Positions 11,942 to 21,825 of a DNA stretch of 28,298 nt are shown here, one piece after another. The position numbers and the translations under genes are program-made. A model generated the notes under the pieces. It was not told the DNA's origin. It ran no database searches and saw only the letters and a list, made by a program, of their open reading frames with translations. The stretch's first letter is position 1; every line of letters starts with the position of its first letter. Source of the DNA: Octopus sinensis (Eukaryota). Location: NCBI RefSeq assembly GCF_006345805.1, contig NW_021833213.1, forward strand, positions 1-28,298. The letters are read 5' to 3'.

Positions 11942-13275
11942 ATGGTTTTTTGTTGCAATTAAAAGATTAAGGCTTTTGAGAGAAAAGACATTAAACTCCC
12001 AAATAAAATTCCCGAAAGAATTCTTGCGAAAAACACACAAACTTCATAGCAGAATATGGAAGAGATACCGATTATTTTGTAAACACATTGCAACAAATAC
12101 CTTTAGGAATATAATGTCTCTCAATCTATTAGAATGAATGGAATTTATTGGTCTTTAACTGCTCTTGATCTTATGGACAAATTAGAAACCATTCCTCGCA
12201 ATGAAATAATCAAATTTATAACCACGTGCTTTCAAAAATCGGGAGGATTCTCCCCTTATCCTGACCACGAAGCACACTTGTTGTCTACTCTTAGTGCAAT
12301 ACAGGTCGTTTATCTGTTTTGTTATTATAGATATTAATTATATATGATTTAATTCATTTATTTGATATTGAAGCTATTGCTTCATATGTATCTAGTCTTC
12401 AATGTGAGGATGGCAGCTTTAGTGGGGACGAATGGGGTACGCACCACATGAGTACCTAATATAATAAATTTTATTTTTAATTTTATATATATTAATTATA
12501 TATTTAATATTATAATATTTAGGAGAAGCTGATACAAGACTAACATTTTGCGGAGTCGCCTCTCTTTCATTGATTGTCATTTTGATATTGACAAACATAT
12601 AGGGTAAGGTACACCTGGTCAACAGGTCTTCTACTATAAACTACGTCCTGTCCTGTCGTAACTTTGATGGAGGCTTTGGATCTCTTCCTGGGAGTGAGTC
12701 ACACTCAGGCCAGGTTATATATTATAATAATAATTATTTTTAAATAACTTTTTAATTGTAATAAATTTATTAACATAATTAGATTTATTGCTGTTTAGCC
12801 ACTTTGGCCATTTTGAAGGGATTACATCATGTGGATACAAGCTCATTGGCTTCTTGGCTGCAGTCTCGACAGTTGCCTTCAGGGGGACTGAATGGTTGGG
12901 GGATTTTGACTAATTAAAGGGAGGCCAGAGAAGATGCCGGATATTTGTTATTCCTGGTGGGTATTGGCATCTCTGAGTATAATTGGTCGAATGGAATGGA
13001 TTGATAAGGTGTAGACTGATGGATGAAGGTTTGTAGAGATCTCTCCGTGATTTTATTCTTTCCTCTCAAGATGAAGAACTAGGAGGCATTGCTGACATTC
13101 CTGGGGATGTTGTGAGTCGTGTTGTGACTAGTTGTAGCCTGATCCTTATCATACATTATTCGGGTTGGCAGGTCTAGCACTTTTGGAGGATGAGGGACTC
13201 AAAAAGGTCAACCCAATCTACTGTCTGCCACAATATGTTGTGGATAAATTTGAAATTGAGTGCTATTATCTATAA
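11942..13275 (+). CDS. RABGGTB: Rab geranylgeranyltransferase beta subunit, 10 exons (one apparent -1 frameshift at ~12025)
   Basis: M|[46 protein letters not shown]|..[11 protein letters not shown]|[28 protein letters not shown]|[14 protein letters not shown]|[39 protein letters not shown]. Nine GT-AG introns; coding exon 1 is ATG only. Confidence 0.95.
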
Positions 13276-13328
13276 TAAAAATGAGTTAATTTAAAATAAT
13301 ATATATTTCTCGTGTCTTGTAGTGTTTA

Positions 13329-13585
13329 ATGGATTGTCGATTTTTTATAGATAAAAATGATGAGAGATTAAACAGTTTTTGGCTACAAATATATTTTAGA
13401 TATTAAAATGTTTATTAATAAACCAAGGAGGGAAACTGATCCACGCAACGCAGGAGTAGTAAGTTTGCACGTGAATTATTTTGCAGGTTGCTAATTCACT
13501 ATATCAGCAATTCCACAACAGTACATCTCTCCCAAGTATTGTGGATGACATAATTTCGGATATTATCTCTAAAAATGATAAATAA
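13329..13585 (+). CDS. Candidate small spliced protein (~67 aa), unknown function
   Basis: Removing two tiny GT-AG introns (gtttttggctacaaatatattttag, 25 nt; gtaagtttgcacgtgaattattttgcag, 28 nt) gives MDCRFFIDKNDERLNNIKMFINKPRRETDPRNAGVVANSLYQQFHNSTSLPSIVDDIISDIISKNDK*. Confidence 0.4.
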
Positions 13586-13839
13586 AATTGATTTTATGCT
13601 ATATCATTCATTAAACAATTTTTGTATCAAAACAAAAGAAAAAAATGATTCAATTACTTAAGATTCTGCACAAATAGAAAATTTCTTGAAAAAAAGAGAG
13701 AATTGAGTTTTAAACATAAAAAGGAATTTTAGTAGTTTTTTATATCTTATGATGGAAAATAGCTAATTTATGTTCATAAATGTAAACTGAATAAAATGTT
13801 ACACGGTAATTCAAATGCATACAAGCTTTCACCATGAAA

Positions 13840-14510
13840 GTACCGTTAAGGGAGATACAATTGACAGTCTAAACTCATAGCATTTGTTTGAAAATTGTGA
13901 TTTTTCCACCGAATCAAATTTTGATATGAATCATTACAAAAAGAAAATAACATGATTGCTACGAAATCTCTGCGACACGTTTTAAAATTTTCCTTGACCT
14001 TAATTTCAGTTTCATTGTCCAAGTGATGAAAAGTTTGGATCGTCAGATTTGACACATAAAGTGTGCATTAATCGTAAATCTAATACTTTTTATTGGTTAT
14101 TTTAAATTTTCAATCTTTTTGACAGGACTATATTTCAGTAAAATCTCCTGGAAATCTATTTTTCAAAGAATCTTTAAAATTCGATACTCTGAAGAATTTT
14201 TGACATATTCTTTAGAAAAAAGGAAAATCTGAAATTGAAAAGGATTTTGTCAATGTTTGGAAAAACAACTTTTTTCTTTAATTAACATAAGCAAAACAAG
14301 ATTTCGATCGATGTTTATTTAGACTTATCTAAGTAGATTCTAAATTGACTATAACTAAGATATCGAAGCTATTGTGACGAAAAAGCAATGTCGAGTTTCT
14401 GGGACATATTTTAATCATAAAAAATCAATAAATGTGTTGTTAAATGTTTTTAAATAATTAAAAAGATTTTTTTAATCCGACCCGCAGAAGAAATGATTTT
14501 GACAGCCCTG
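13840..14510 (+). mobile_element. 3' third and right TIR of a second SPIN/Buster-type hAT element
   Basis: Broken frames KRILSMFGKT-TFSLINISKTRFRS and DIEAIVTKKQCRVS match the hAT C-terminal dimerisation region. The end gattttgacagccctg (to 14510) is followed by gtcTAcag. Confidence 0.7.
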
Positions 14511-14564
14511 GTCTACAGGTTACTATGAATTATTAGAATTAATTATTTGGCTAATTTTGACTTT

Positions 14565-14630
14565 AGACGTCCTCCTCTTCTCTATGAGAGATCGCTAAGT
14601 TGTTCGCAGCCAGTTTGTAGAACATTAAAA
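14565..14630 (-). mobile_element. Short tail fragment of the R4-like family
   Basis: Reverse complement gctgcgaacaacttagcg..gaagaggaggac (AANNLA..REEED) resembles gccgccaatcaacttgcg (AANQLA..RED) at ~3510. Confidence 0.4.
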
Positions 14631-14819
14631 TTTTAGTTATAAAACAACAAAAGGTGTTGTAACTAAAAAGGAAATTATTATTTGTTTATTAAGTTATTGA
14701 AATCCGGAATAATTAAAATTTTAATAATTTACTCTATCATATTAAGATATAAGCTCATTTCGGATATTATCTGATATTAATTGTATTTTTCTCGTATGAG
14801 TATTATTACTTCTCTGCAG

Positions 14820-15020
14820 GCTTATATGCAGTCAACTGTTCTTAAGAGGACTCTGGAGAGTGTCTCTGTCTGTCTTTGATCCAGCCCTATCTTGACATTT
14901 AGTTAGCGAGAAGCGCTGAACTACACCTTCTCGGAGGTCTACAGTGCCAGAGAAGAGGAGGAAGGAGGGGAGGAGGTACGTGCAGTGCAACCCTCTGCTC
15001 ACTTCGAAGCCTCTGGACCT
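14820..15020 (+). mobile_element. C-terminal fragment of the R4-like family
   Basis: YMQSTVLKRTLESVSV matches YIQSVVLKRTLESML of the 3130-3660 copy at both DNA and protein level. Confidence 0.65.
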
Positions 15021-15080
15021 AGTTAGAAAATTACTTAGTTAATTAGTTTTTTTATTAATAATTGAGTATCTTTACTGTCA

Positions 15081-15127
15081 TCATTGAGAACTGTCATCGA
15101 GAACTGTCCCGATGTCATCGAGAACTG
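15081..15127. repeat. Short interrupted tandem repeat, 13-bp unit x3
   Basis: tcattgagaactg, tcatcgagaactg, (tcccgatg), tcatcgagaactg. Confidence 0.7.
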
Positions 15128-15524
15128 TAAACTTTTCCATAAGATTTGCAAATGTCCCAGTAGACGCTCAAACATAAATTATCCCAGCCGAGTTTAATCA
15201 CATTTGTTTCTCATGTTATAGAATTAAAAAAACCATTAATTATTCTCAAATTGTACATCAAAACAAGACCACAAAATATTTAAATGAAAAATTAAGTGAA
15301 CAATCAACAAGGTCTATTAAAAAAATCATTTTTAAGCCTATATTAAATGTAAGTGTAAATATTAGTTATCATCCTCACGTAAGAAGCCAGCGACTATTTA
15401 GAAAAGTAGCTATTGCCAGTCGTTCTCTAGGATCTCAAAGTTTTATGTCGTAAGATCAAGTTAGTGTAAAATAAAATTATTTAAAACTAATTTTTAATTA
15501 CAAAAAGTTAAAAAAAAATTTCAG

Positions 15525-16658
15525 TTAAAGAGAAACACTAAGTGTTTTTCCTCGAATTTCTGAGCCTAAAAGTTGGCAATCATGCAGCTGATCAACTGCA
15601 ACTAACGCTGATATGGCTTCTTTGAAATAAACAGCTCCAAAACCATTCCTTCTAGTTTTATCAATCTAAATATAGATTTTATCAATAATATATAAACCAG
15701 CAATTTAGATATTTCTCCAAATAATTTGAACTTTTCAGCAATGACAGTCTCAGGTAATTTCGGGTCAAAGTTTTTTACTATGACCATGTTCCCTTGCCCA
15801 TACTGTCGAGGTAATTTTCGATTAGAATAATGTCGAAAAACAGATAAAACGGAATTATTTACCAACATACCATCCCGTGCATACATGGCCTAAAAATATA
15901 ATGGAAAAATTACTTTTTCTGCAGAAACACTATCAGTAAAAGTAACAATAGCGTATCTCCCGGTTTTTTCGTCATCAAAAATTTGAACTTCTATAAGATC
16001 GCCAAATTTTCCAAAAATATAGGAAAGATTCTTTTTAGTCAAATCTTTAATTCCATCGAATTTTTAAGCTCGTAATAATTTGATGATCAGGATAGAAATA
16101 CATGCATGTTCTAGACAGTAATTAACAGTAATTATACAGTCTGTCATTTTCGTCAGTTACTGACCGGTTAAGATATCTAACAGCTGTCTCTGCACTTTTT
16201 TCAGTCGTGAATTGACAGCGACAAACGTTTCCCTTTTTCGCATCAACAACCATCTACATTTTATACATTTTTTAGTACTTTGATGGATTCAATTTCCCCA
16301 TAAGACTTTAGAAAGTTCTCCATTTCTTTAAGTCCATAAGAGCTAGACATCCCCCACAGCTGAATCCAACTCGTTGTTAGGTTAAATGTATCTTTCACAA
16401 AGTAAAGTTTGCATCCATTCACTGGGAGTCCGTCCATAAGTTCAACTGCTTTATCGGCTATTAAATAAATTAGATATTTAATCTCCTACCTTTCTGAGAG
16501 TCTGAGAATATGGCATAACGTGGCTCGTATTTATTAGGTGACTTTAACTCGATAAAGCCGGGAACATGTTTAAAAACTTTTTCCAAGTCCTCATTGGAGA
16601 TTTCTTGTGTTAAGTTTCGAACAAAAAGCTTCGAAGGAACAACATTCGAGTAATCCAT
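15525..16658 (-). CDS. Four-RRM RNA-binding protein, PABP-like but divergent, no C-terminal MLLE domain (two apparent homopolymer frameshifts)
   Basis: Spliced reading: RRM1 KLFVRNLTQEISNEDLEKVF; RRM2 IQLWGMSSSYGLKEMENFLKSYG; RRM3 DLTKKNLSYIFGKFGDL..RYAIVTF; RRM4 VIVKNFDPKLPETVIAEKFKLFGEI..NGFGAVYF..LSVSL*. Five tiny GT-AG introns. ATG at 16658, TAA at 15525-15527. Confidence 0.8.
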
Positions 16659-16869
16659 TTTCTTTTTTGACTAATTAGACGTCTATATATAGTCTACCGG
16701 CTAATTACTTCCTTTTATAATTAAATCGATATTTCGATTTTTAATCGATTTTTATTGATTATTGGTTTATTAATTTTTAATTGAGTGCTTTTATTTTTAT
16801 TTATTAATTTTCAATAAAAATAAGTTCAAAATTTATTTTCTTTAATTATAAACCTAATTTGGTCGTTTG

Positions 16870-17600
16870 TTGCTAAACACATTTCTTCTGCTCACCGGAT
16901 TAAAGACCGCTGTGCATTTTATGTTCATTCAAAATTTAAATCTCATTGGCCGTCTGTTTTTCACAAGCCCCCTAGTAAGGAGGCACCTCCAAAACGGACC
17001 GGACCTGCAGAAGCGCGCTTATCCTGTGCAGTTCAAAGCAAACTCCTCCAGGGAGCTATGCGCGTAATTTCGTCCTCGGTGTGATGCTGTCTTAAATATC
17101 TCCAAATCAAACACCCCCAAGCCTTTGCTGACCTCCGAGCAACACCGTCGTTAGATACGGTCCCGTTTACGCCGATCACCACGTCTAAGGTCTGTTGCGT
17201 CTAGTAGCAGCAACGACGGAATAGACGGCCTAAAGCCTATCTATTTCGCGATCTCCTGTTCCCATAAACCATAGTATAGTAAAAGCCTTATCGTCAAAAT
17301 GGGACGAAATTAAACTGCTTACTTGATCGGATCTTTTGAGTTCTTTCCTCTCGCCTTCGAAACCTCTGAATCGTTTGCAAGGCTGCGAATCAACTCCTCT
17401 CCGACATTGGTAGGAAGATCTCCGAAAACAAATGACCTGTGGGAACGAGTTGGCGTTTCTAGCGAATCTCTGTCGCTGTGCTCGGCGAAAACTGCCATTC
17501 AATACGCAGGCGGTGTCGTCGAGCTGACCCTTAGACTCTCAACTATTCTTTTAGCTACTTACCTAGTCAGCATCTAATGTTGTTTTTTATCATCAAAAAA
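16870..17600 (+). mobile_element. Internally deleted CRE-like RLE retrotransposon
   Basis: GC-rich block. SSNDGIDGLKPIYFRDLL resembles the pre-RT GPDGL motif. It is followed by FEFFPLAFETS..QLLSDIGRKIS..RISVAVL, homologous to the 6972-7310 copy. Confidence 0.6.
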
Positions 17601-17619
17601 CCTTGGTACTTTTAGGTTT

Positions 17620-18770
17620 GCTACGACAACTTTCGCGGCAACATAATATGTGAACAATTAATTCATCCTCAACAGCCCCAAAAATACACCTACCAACCAT
17701 ACCAATCAAACCACTTAGGATATCTCCTTTTGCTTTCCAAACCTAACATCAAATACCACATGGAACACAATCAATCAACTATCATCAGATCATACACCAA
17801 TCCTGATACAAACTCATGCCCTAATCAACATTCCGAACAATAACACGTTCATAAACTACAAAAGAGCCAAATGGAGCCTCTATAAAAACGAAACCGAAAA
17901 ACTTTTCTTGGAAATTATCGGGGACAAACGTTAGTCAAATATACATAAATCCAACAAGCTTTTCACCGATATTATTTCAAAAGCAGCGAAAAGACACATC
18001 CCCATGGGGAACATAAGAAAATACAACCAGAACTATACCAAGTAAATAGCAGATTTAATGAAAACTCGTGACAACCTCAAACACAATACGTCTCGGTCAG
18101 GAATCACGGATATTGCCACCCGACAAAGGGAACTAAACAAGAAGATATCTAACAAACTCAAGGAAAGGAAAAAAGAAAACTGGCGCCAATACCCTCAACT
18201 ACAAAACAAAAACACTCTTCAAAACAATAAACAGAATCGTTAACTCCAAGCTTTTTTCAATGGAGAAACCCATGAGTCTATAAAATCCAAAATGGTCTAC
18301 CCACTGACAAAGAACATGCTAATCTGTTGGTGAAACACTTAAGAACATCAGCTACCGAAAACGAGACTGTCACTCACACACACCACGAGTACAGAAATAT
18401 CCCCTTGACCACAATTCCAATCCATTTACCCAAAAAGAAGTAAAAAACGTAATTGCCAACTTTAAACAATCCCATGCAAATAGACCCGACAACATTAGCA
18501 GTTTCCACCTCAAAGGTCTGGGTGATCATGGATTAAAATATCTCGAAATTGTCACGAAATTAAAACCACATAAACCAGCTGCCGACCCATCATCATACAG
18601 ACCAATCACACTTCTGTGCACCTCCTCAAAAATAATGGAACGTCTAATTTTAAACAAAATATCTCATAAACTTTCCATTAGCAAACCCAACATGGCTTCA
18701 GACAATATCATTCAACGACAACCTACTCACAAATATGACACAAGTCTAAGAATGGGGAGCTAACCAGAAT
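17620..18770 (+). mobile_element. Degenerate APE-type LINE (end of endonuclease through RT N-terminus)
   Basis: LSSDHTPILI (APE C-terminal SDH motif, ~17785); INYKRAKW; PDNISSFHLK; DPSSYRPITLLCTSSKIMERLIL; QHGFR. Strong A/C strand bias. Confidence 0.8.
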
Positions 18771-18789
18771 TGAGACTCTATTGAATGAT

Positions 18790-19425
18790 CTAATTAGAAT
18801 AACAAGAAACAAATATCTATCCATTCCTCAAAGAAGGATTTCCGGAAAGAAAATGCGTGTTTTAAATTAAACCGCAGAAGATTTTATCGAAATTTATCTT
18901 CAAGCAATGAAGCCACCCTATATGGGTTTGGTGATAATGAGTGCTTGTCATTTTGGGAAAATGTCTGGAGCAAGAAAAATATGGCCCCTAGTTTTTGATT
19001 TTATGGTGTGAGGTGTACTGGCGGTGGAACCATGCGACCTCAATTCACAAGTGATTTTATTATGGATATGCTCAAATACGCATCTGACTGGAAGGCATGC
19101 GGATGTGACGGAACATATAACTTTTTCTTTAAGAAGATGGATTCTTTGCATGGGTTTCTGTGTAAAGAGATAGTCCGAATAATTTATGGAGAGTACACGC
19201 CTGATAGCTGGTTTACACTGGCTAACTTACTTGATCCCTAAAAAAAGTGATTGTGAGACCCTGAAGGACTTACGCCCTATAACGTGTATGCCAACTTTGT
19301 ATAAACTTGTCACCAATGTTTAAATGCCAAACTGGCCGATTTCATCGAGGCAATTGGCTTAATCTCAGATAATCAGCTCGGGACGAGGAAGCAATGTCAA
19401 GGCGCCAAAGAGCAAGCATTAAATT
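18790..19425 (+). mobile_element. R4-like RLE retrotransposon, pre-RT and RT domains 0-2
   Basis: FKLNRRRFYRNL; FWENVW; LKYASDWKACGCDGTYNFFFKKMDSLH; LRPITCMPTLYKLVT; ISDNQLGTRKQCQGAKEQAL. Confidence 0.85.
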
Positions 19426-19548
19426 TTATTTTTAGACTAGCTCGGCAGCTCGCTTCGCTCACCGCGACCTAGCTCCTGCGGAGGGCCTGTTTCATCAAAC
19501 AACTATAAGTTTATGTAGATGTATAAAACTACCTGGTTTAATGTAACC

Positions 19549-19736
19549 CTATTCTATCGCCTGTTGATAAACGATGTTTGTCGTCCGTCCTTCCTTGGCA
19601 TATATGAATAAATTTTCTCTTCTGCCTACCCTCGAGCATCCCACATACAGCTGTCCATGTGAAAAGCACTCACTCTCTAAAATAACCCAACTACCTTTAA
19701 TGACTGTCCCTGGGCCTTGTTTATTGTCATTGCAAA
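19549..19736 (-). pseudogene. C-terminal fragment of Helitron RepHel (Pif1-like) helicase
   Basis: FAMTINKAQGQSLKVVGL(F/L)ESECFSHGQLYVGCSRVGRRENLFIYAKEGRTTNIVYQQAIE*, with one -1 shift in a T run at ~19680. Confidence 0.9.
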
Positions 19737-20090
19737 CTTTTTTTCATTTTTGTGGTTTATTTTTTTTTATATTTAATTTTTTCATTTTCCTTTGTAATTT
19801 CCTTTTTTTTCTTTTTTATTTTTTACTGGCGGAAATGGGGCAGGGGGATACGGCAGGCGGAAATGCGGCAGGCAAGAAAGCGACACACAAAAAAGATTTA
19901 ATTAATTACCTTATTAAGCTGACCGTTTTTTCTTTAGCTTCGTTTTTCCTCCTTCGGTTATCTATTTAAAAAATTATTTTTGAATAATAAAAAGTTTAGG
20001 AAAAGAGGCATACCGAAAATAAATTCTATCTTTACGAAAAAACTCAAGTAAATAGTTAATATTTTTTACGCAAATTCTTCTGATTGCGCT

Positions 20091-20291
20091 GTCCATTGGT
20101 GGTAATTGTGTTAATGGTTGTGCTAATGTGGTTTCAACTATCAAAGTGTTTTCAAAATCTGTTAATTGCACACTCTATTCAAGGTCGTGCGTCAATTGGT
20201 GGTAAATTGTGTTAATGATGTGCTAATGTGGTTTCAACTATCAAAGTGGTTTTTCTAAATCTGTTACTTGCACACTCTATTCAAGTCGTGC
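20091..20291. repeat. Tandem duplication of a ~100-bp unit inside the Helitron, ending in a hairpin
   Basis: Units start gtccattggtggtaattgtg (20091) and gtcaattggtggtaaattgtg (20191). Perfect inverted repeat gtgcaatc-tgt-gattgcac at 20288-20306. Confidence 0.85.
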
Positions 20292-20499
20292 AATCTGTGA
20301 TTGCACATTCTGTCAAAGTCAAATATGATAATAGCTTTAATTTTGATTCATGGTCGATAATGATATATGCATTTAATTTTAAAGAGAAAAACATAGGATG
20401 AATTGAATTTCTTTATCGCGAATAATTGGGAGTTCATCATTGTTAATATTCTCGCTGTCGTTTTCATCAAGGATATTCTTAATACGTGAGATTTTTGCC

Positions 20500-21390
20500 T
20501 TGAGGTTTTAATGGACCTCATCATGAATGTCGAGGACATTCGCGTTGTTCATTTTAAATCAAAATGCAGAAAATAATTTTTTGATTTTTTGGGGGAAAGG
20601 TTTTAAGGACTTCATCATGTAAGTCGAGGACATTGTAGTTGTTCATTTTAACCAAAATGCAGAAATTTTTTTTTTATTTTTTTGGGGGGGAAGGTTTTAA
20701 GGACTTCATCATGTAAGTTGAGGACATTGTAGTTGTTCATTTTAACCAAAATGCAGAAAATTTTTTTTTAATTTTTTTTGGGGGGAAGGTTTTAAGGACT
20801 TCATCATGTAAGTCGAGGACATTGTAGTTGTTCATTTTAACCAAAATGCAGAAAATTTTTTTTTAATTTTTTTTGGGGGGGAAGGTTTTAAGGACTTCAT
20901 CATGTAAGTCGAGGACATTGTAGTTGTTCATTTTAACCAAAATGCAGAAATTTTTTTTTTAATTTTTTTGGGGGGAAGGTTTTAAGGACTTCATCATGTA
21001 AGTCGAGGACATTGTAGTTGTTCATTCTAACCAAAATGCAGAAAATTTTTTTTTAATTTTTTTTGGGGGGAAGGTTTTAAGGACTTCATCATGTAAGTCG
21101 GGACATTGTAGTTGTTCATTTTAACCAAAATGCAGAAAATTTTTTTTTAATTTTTTTTGGGGGGAAGGTTTTAAGGACTTCATCATGTAAGTCGAGGACA
21201 TTGTAGTTGTTCATTTTAACTAAAATGCCGAAAATTTTTTTTTAATTTTTTTGGGGGGGAAGGTTTTAAGGACTTCATCATGTAAGTCGAGGACATTGTA
21301 GTTGTTCATTTTAACCAAAATGCAGAAAATTTTTTTTTAATTTTTTTGGGGGGAAGGTTTTAAGGACCTCATCATGTAAGTCGAGGACAT
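20500..21390. repeat. Tandem array of a ~95-bp unit, about 9.4 copies
   Basis: The anchor (t/c)tcatcatg recurs at 20517, 20611, 20705, 20800, 20896, 20990, 21085, 21179, 21274 and 21368 (spacing 94-96). Internal copies differ mainly in homopolymer length; the terminal copies are diverged. Confidence 0.95.
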
Positions 21391-21420
21391 CGTATTGCCA
21401 ATTTGAAGTTGGTGTGCACC

Positions 21421-21461
21421 ACACAGACAGACAGACAGACACACAGACAGACAGACACACA
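21421..21461. repeat. (CAGA)n/(CA)n microsatellite near the Helitron 5' end
   Basis: acacagacagacagacagacacacagacagacagacacaca. Confidence 0.9.
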
Positions 21462-21825
21462 CCATACCATTTTATTATTAAGATTATTTTTTGGAACTTC
21501 GGGATTCAATACTGTTTCTCTTTGTTTGATAATAGAGAAATCAAATCATCATTCGAAAGAACTGAGTATTCATCGGAGGATGAAATTCAAAGAATTTGTC
21601 CTATTGAAAGTACTGAAATTGTCAGATTATCAAACGTACGAGCATTTTAAAATTAACAAAAAAAGTAAAAAGAAAACGCGAATAAAAAATTTCCCAAAAC
21701 GCATATAAAAATCGGCGATTCCTTTCAAAGTGTGCACTAAATCAAGGCCTATGGAAAATGGCACATATTCGCCCCATTCTGAAACCAGGGAGACCAAAAG
21801 ACAACCCGGCGTCTAAAGGCCAATA

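Larger units (their letters stand above)
19437..21483 (-). mobile_element. Complete non-autonomous Helitron (2047 bp deletion derivative)
   Basis: The minus strand begins A|TC (TCTTAATAATAAAATGG, then (GTCT)n) at 21483 and ends with the GC-rich hairpin-like ggtgagcgaagcgagctgccgag plus CTAG|T at 19437. It sits in an AT dinucleotide with no TSD and retains the helicase C-terminus. Confidence 0.9.

Noticed and set aside
12439-12782. snoRNAs in the two longer RABGGTB introns
   Set aside because: They are almost pure A/T with no box C/D pair or H/ACA structure.
13846-14055. Minus-strand 69-aa ORF as a gene
   Set aside because: It is antisense to the hAT transposase remnant at 13840-14510.
885-16658. 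Ciliate-type alternative genetic code suggested by the tiny introns
   Set aside because: TAA ends GluRS, RABGGTB and the RRM gene at the expected positions, and the GluRS and RABGGTB models need no in-frame TAA or TAG.
19574-19969. 131-aa hydrophobic ORF resembling a membrane protein
   Set aside because: It is antisense to the Helitron helicase remnant, and its hydrophobicity comes from T-rich low-complexity DNA.
20500-21390. CRISPR-like appearance of the regular array
   Set aside because: Units are head-to-tail with no unique spacers, there are no cas genes, and the context is eukaryotic.
21403-21708. ORFs starting in the microsatellite (MKLVCTTQTDRQ.., MHHTDRQ..)
   Set aside because: Their N-termini are translated (CAGA)n repeat crossing the Helitron boundary.
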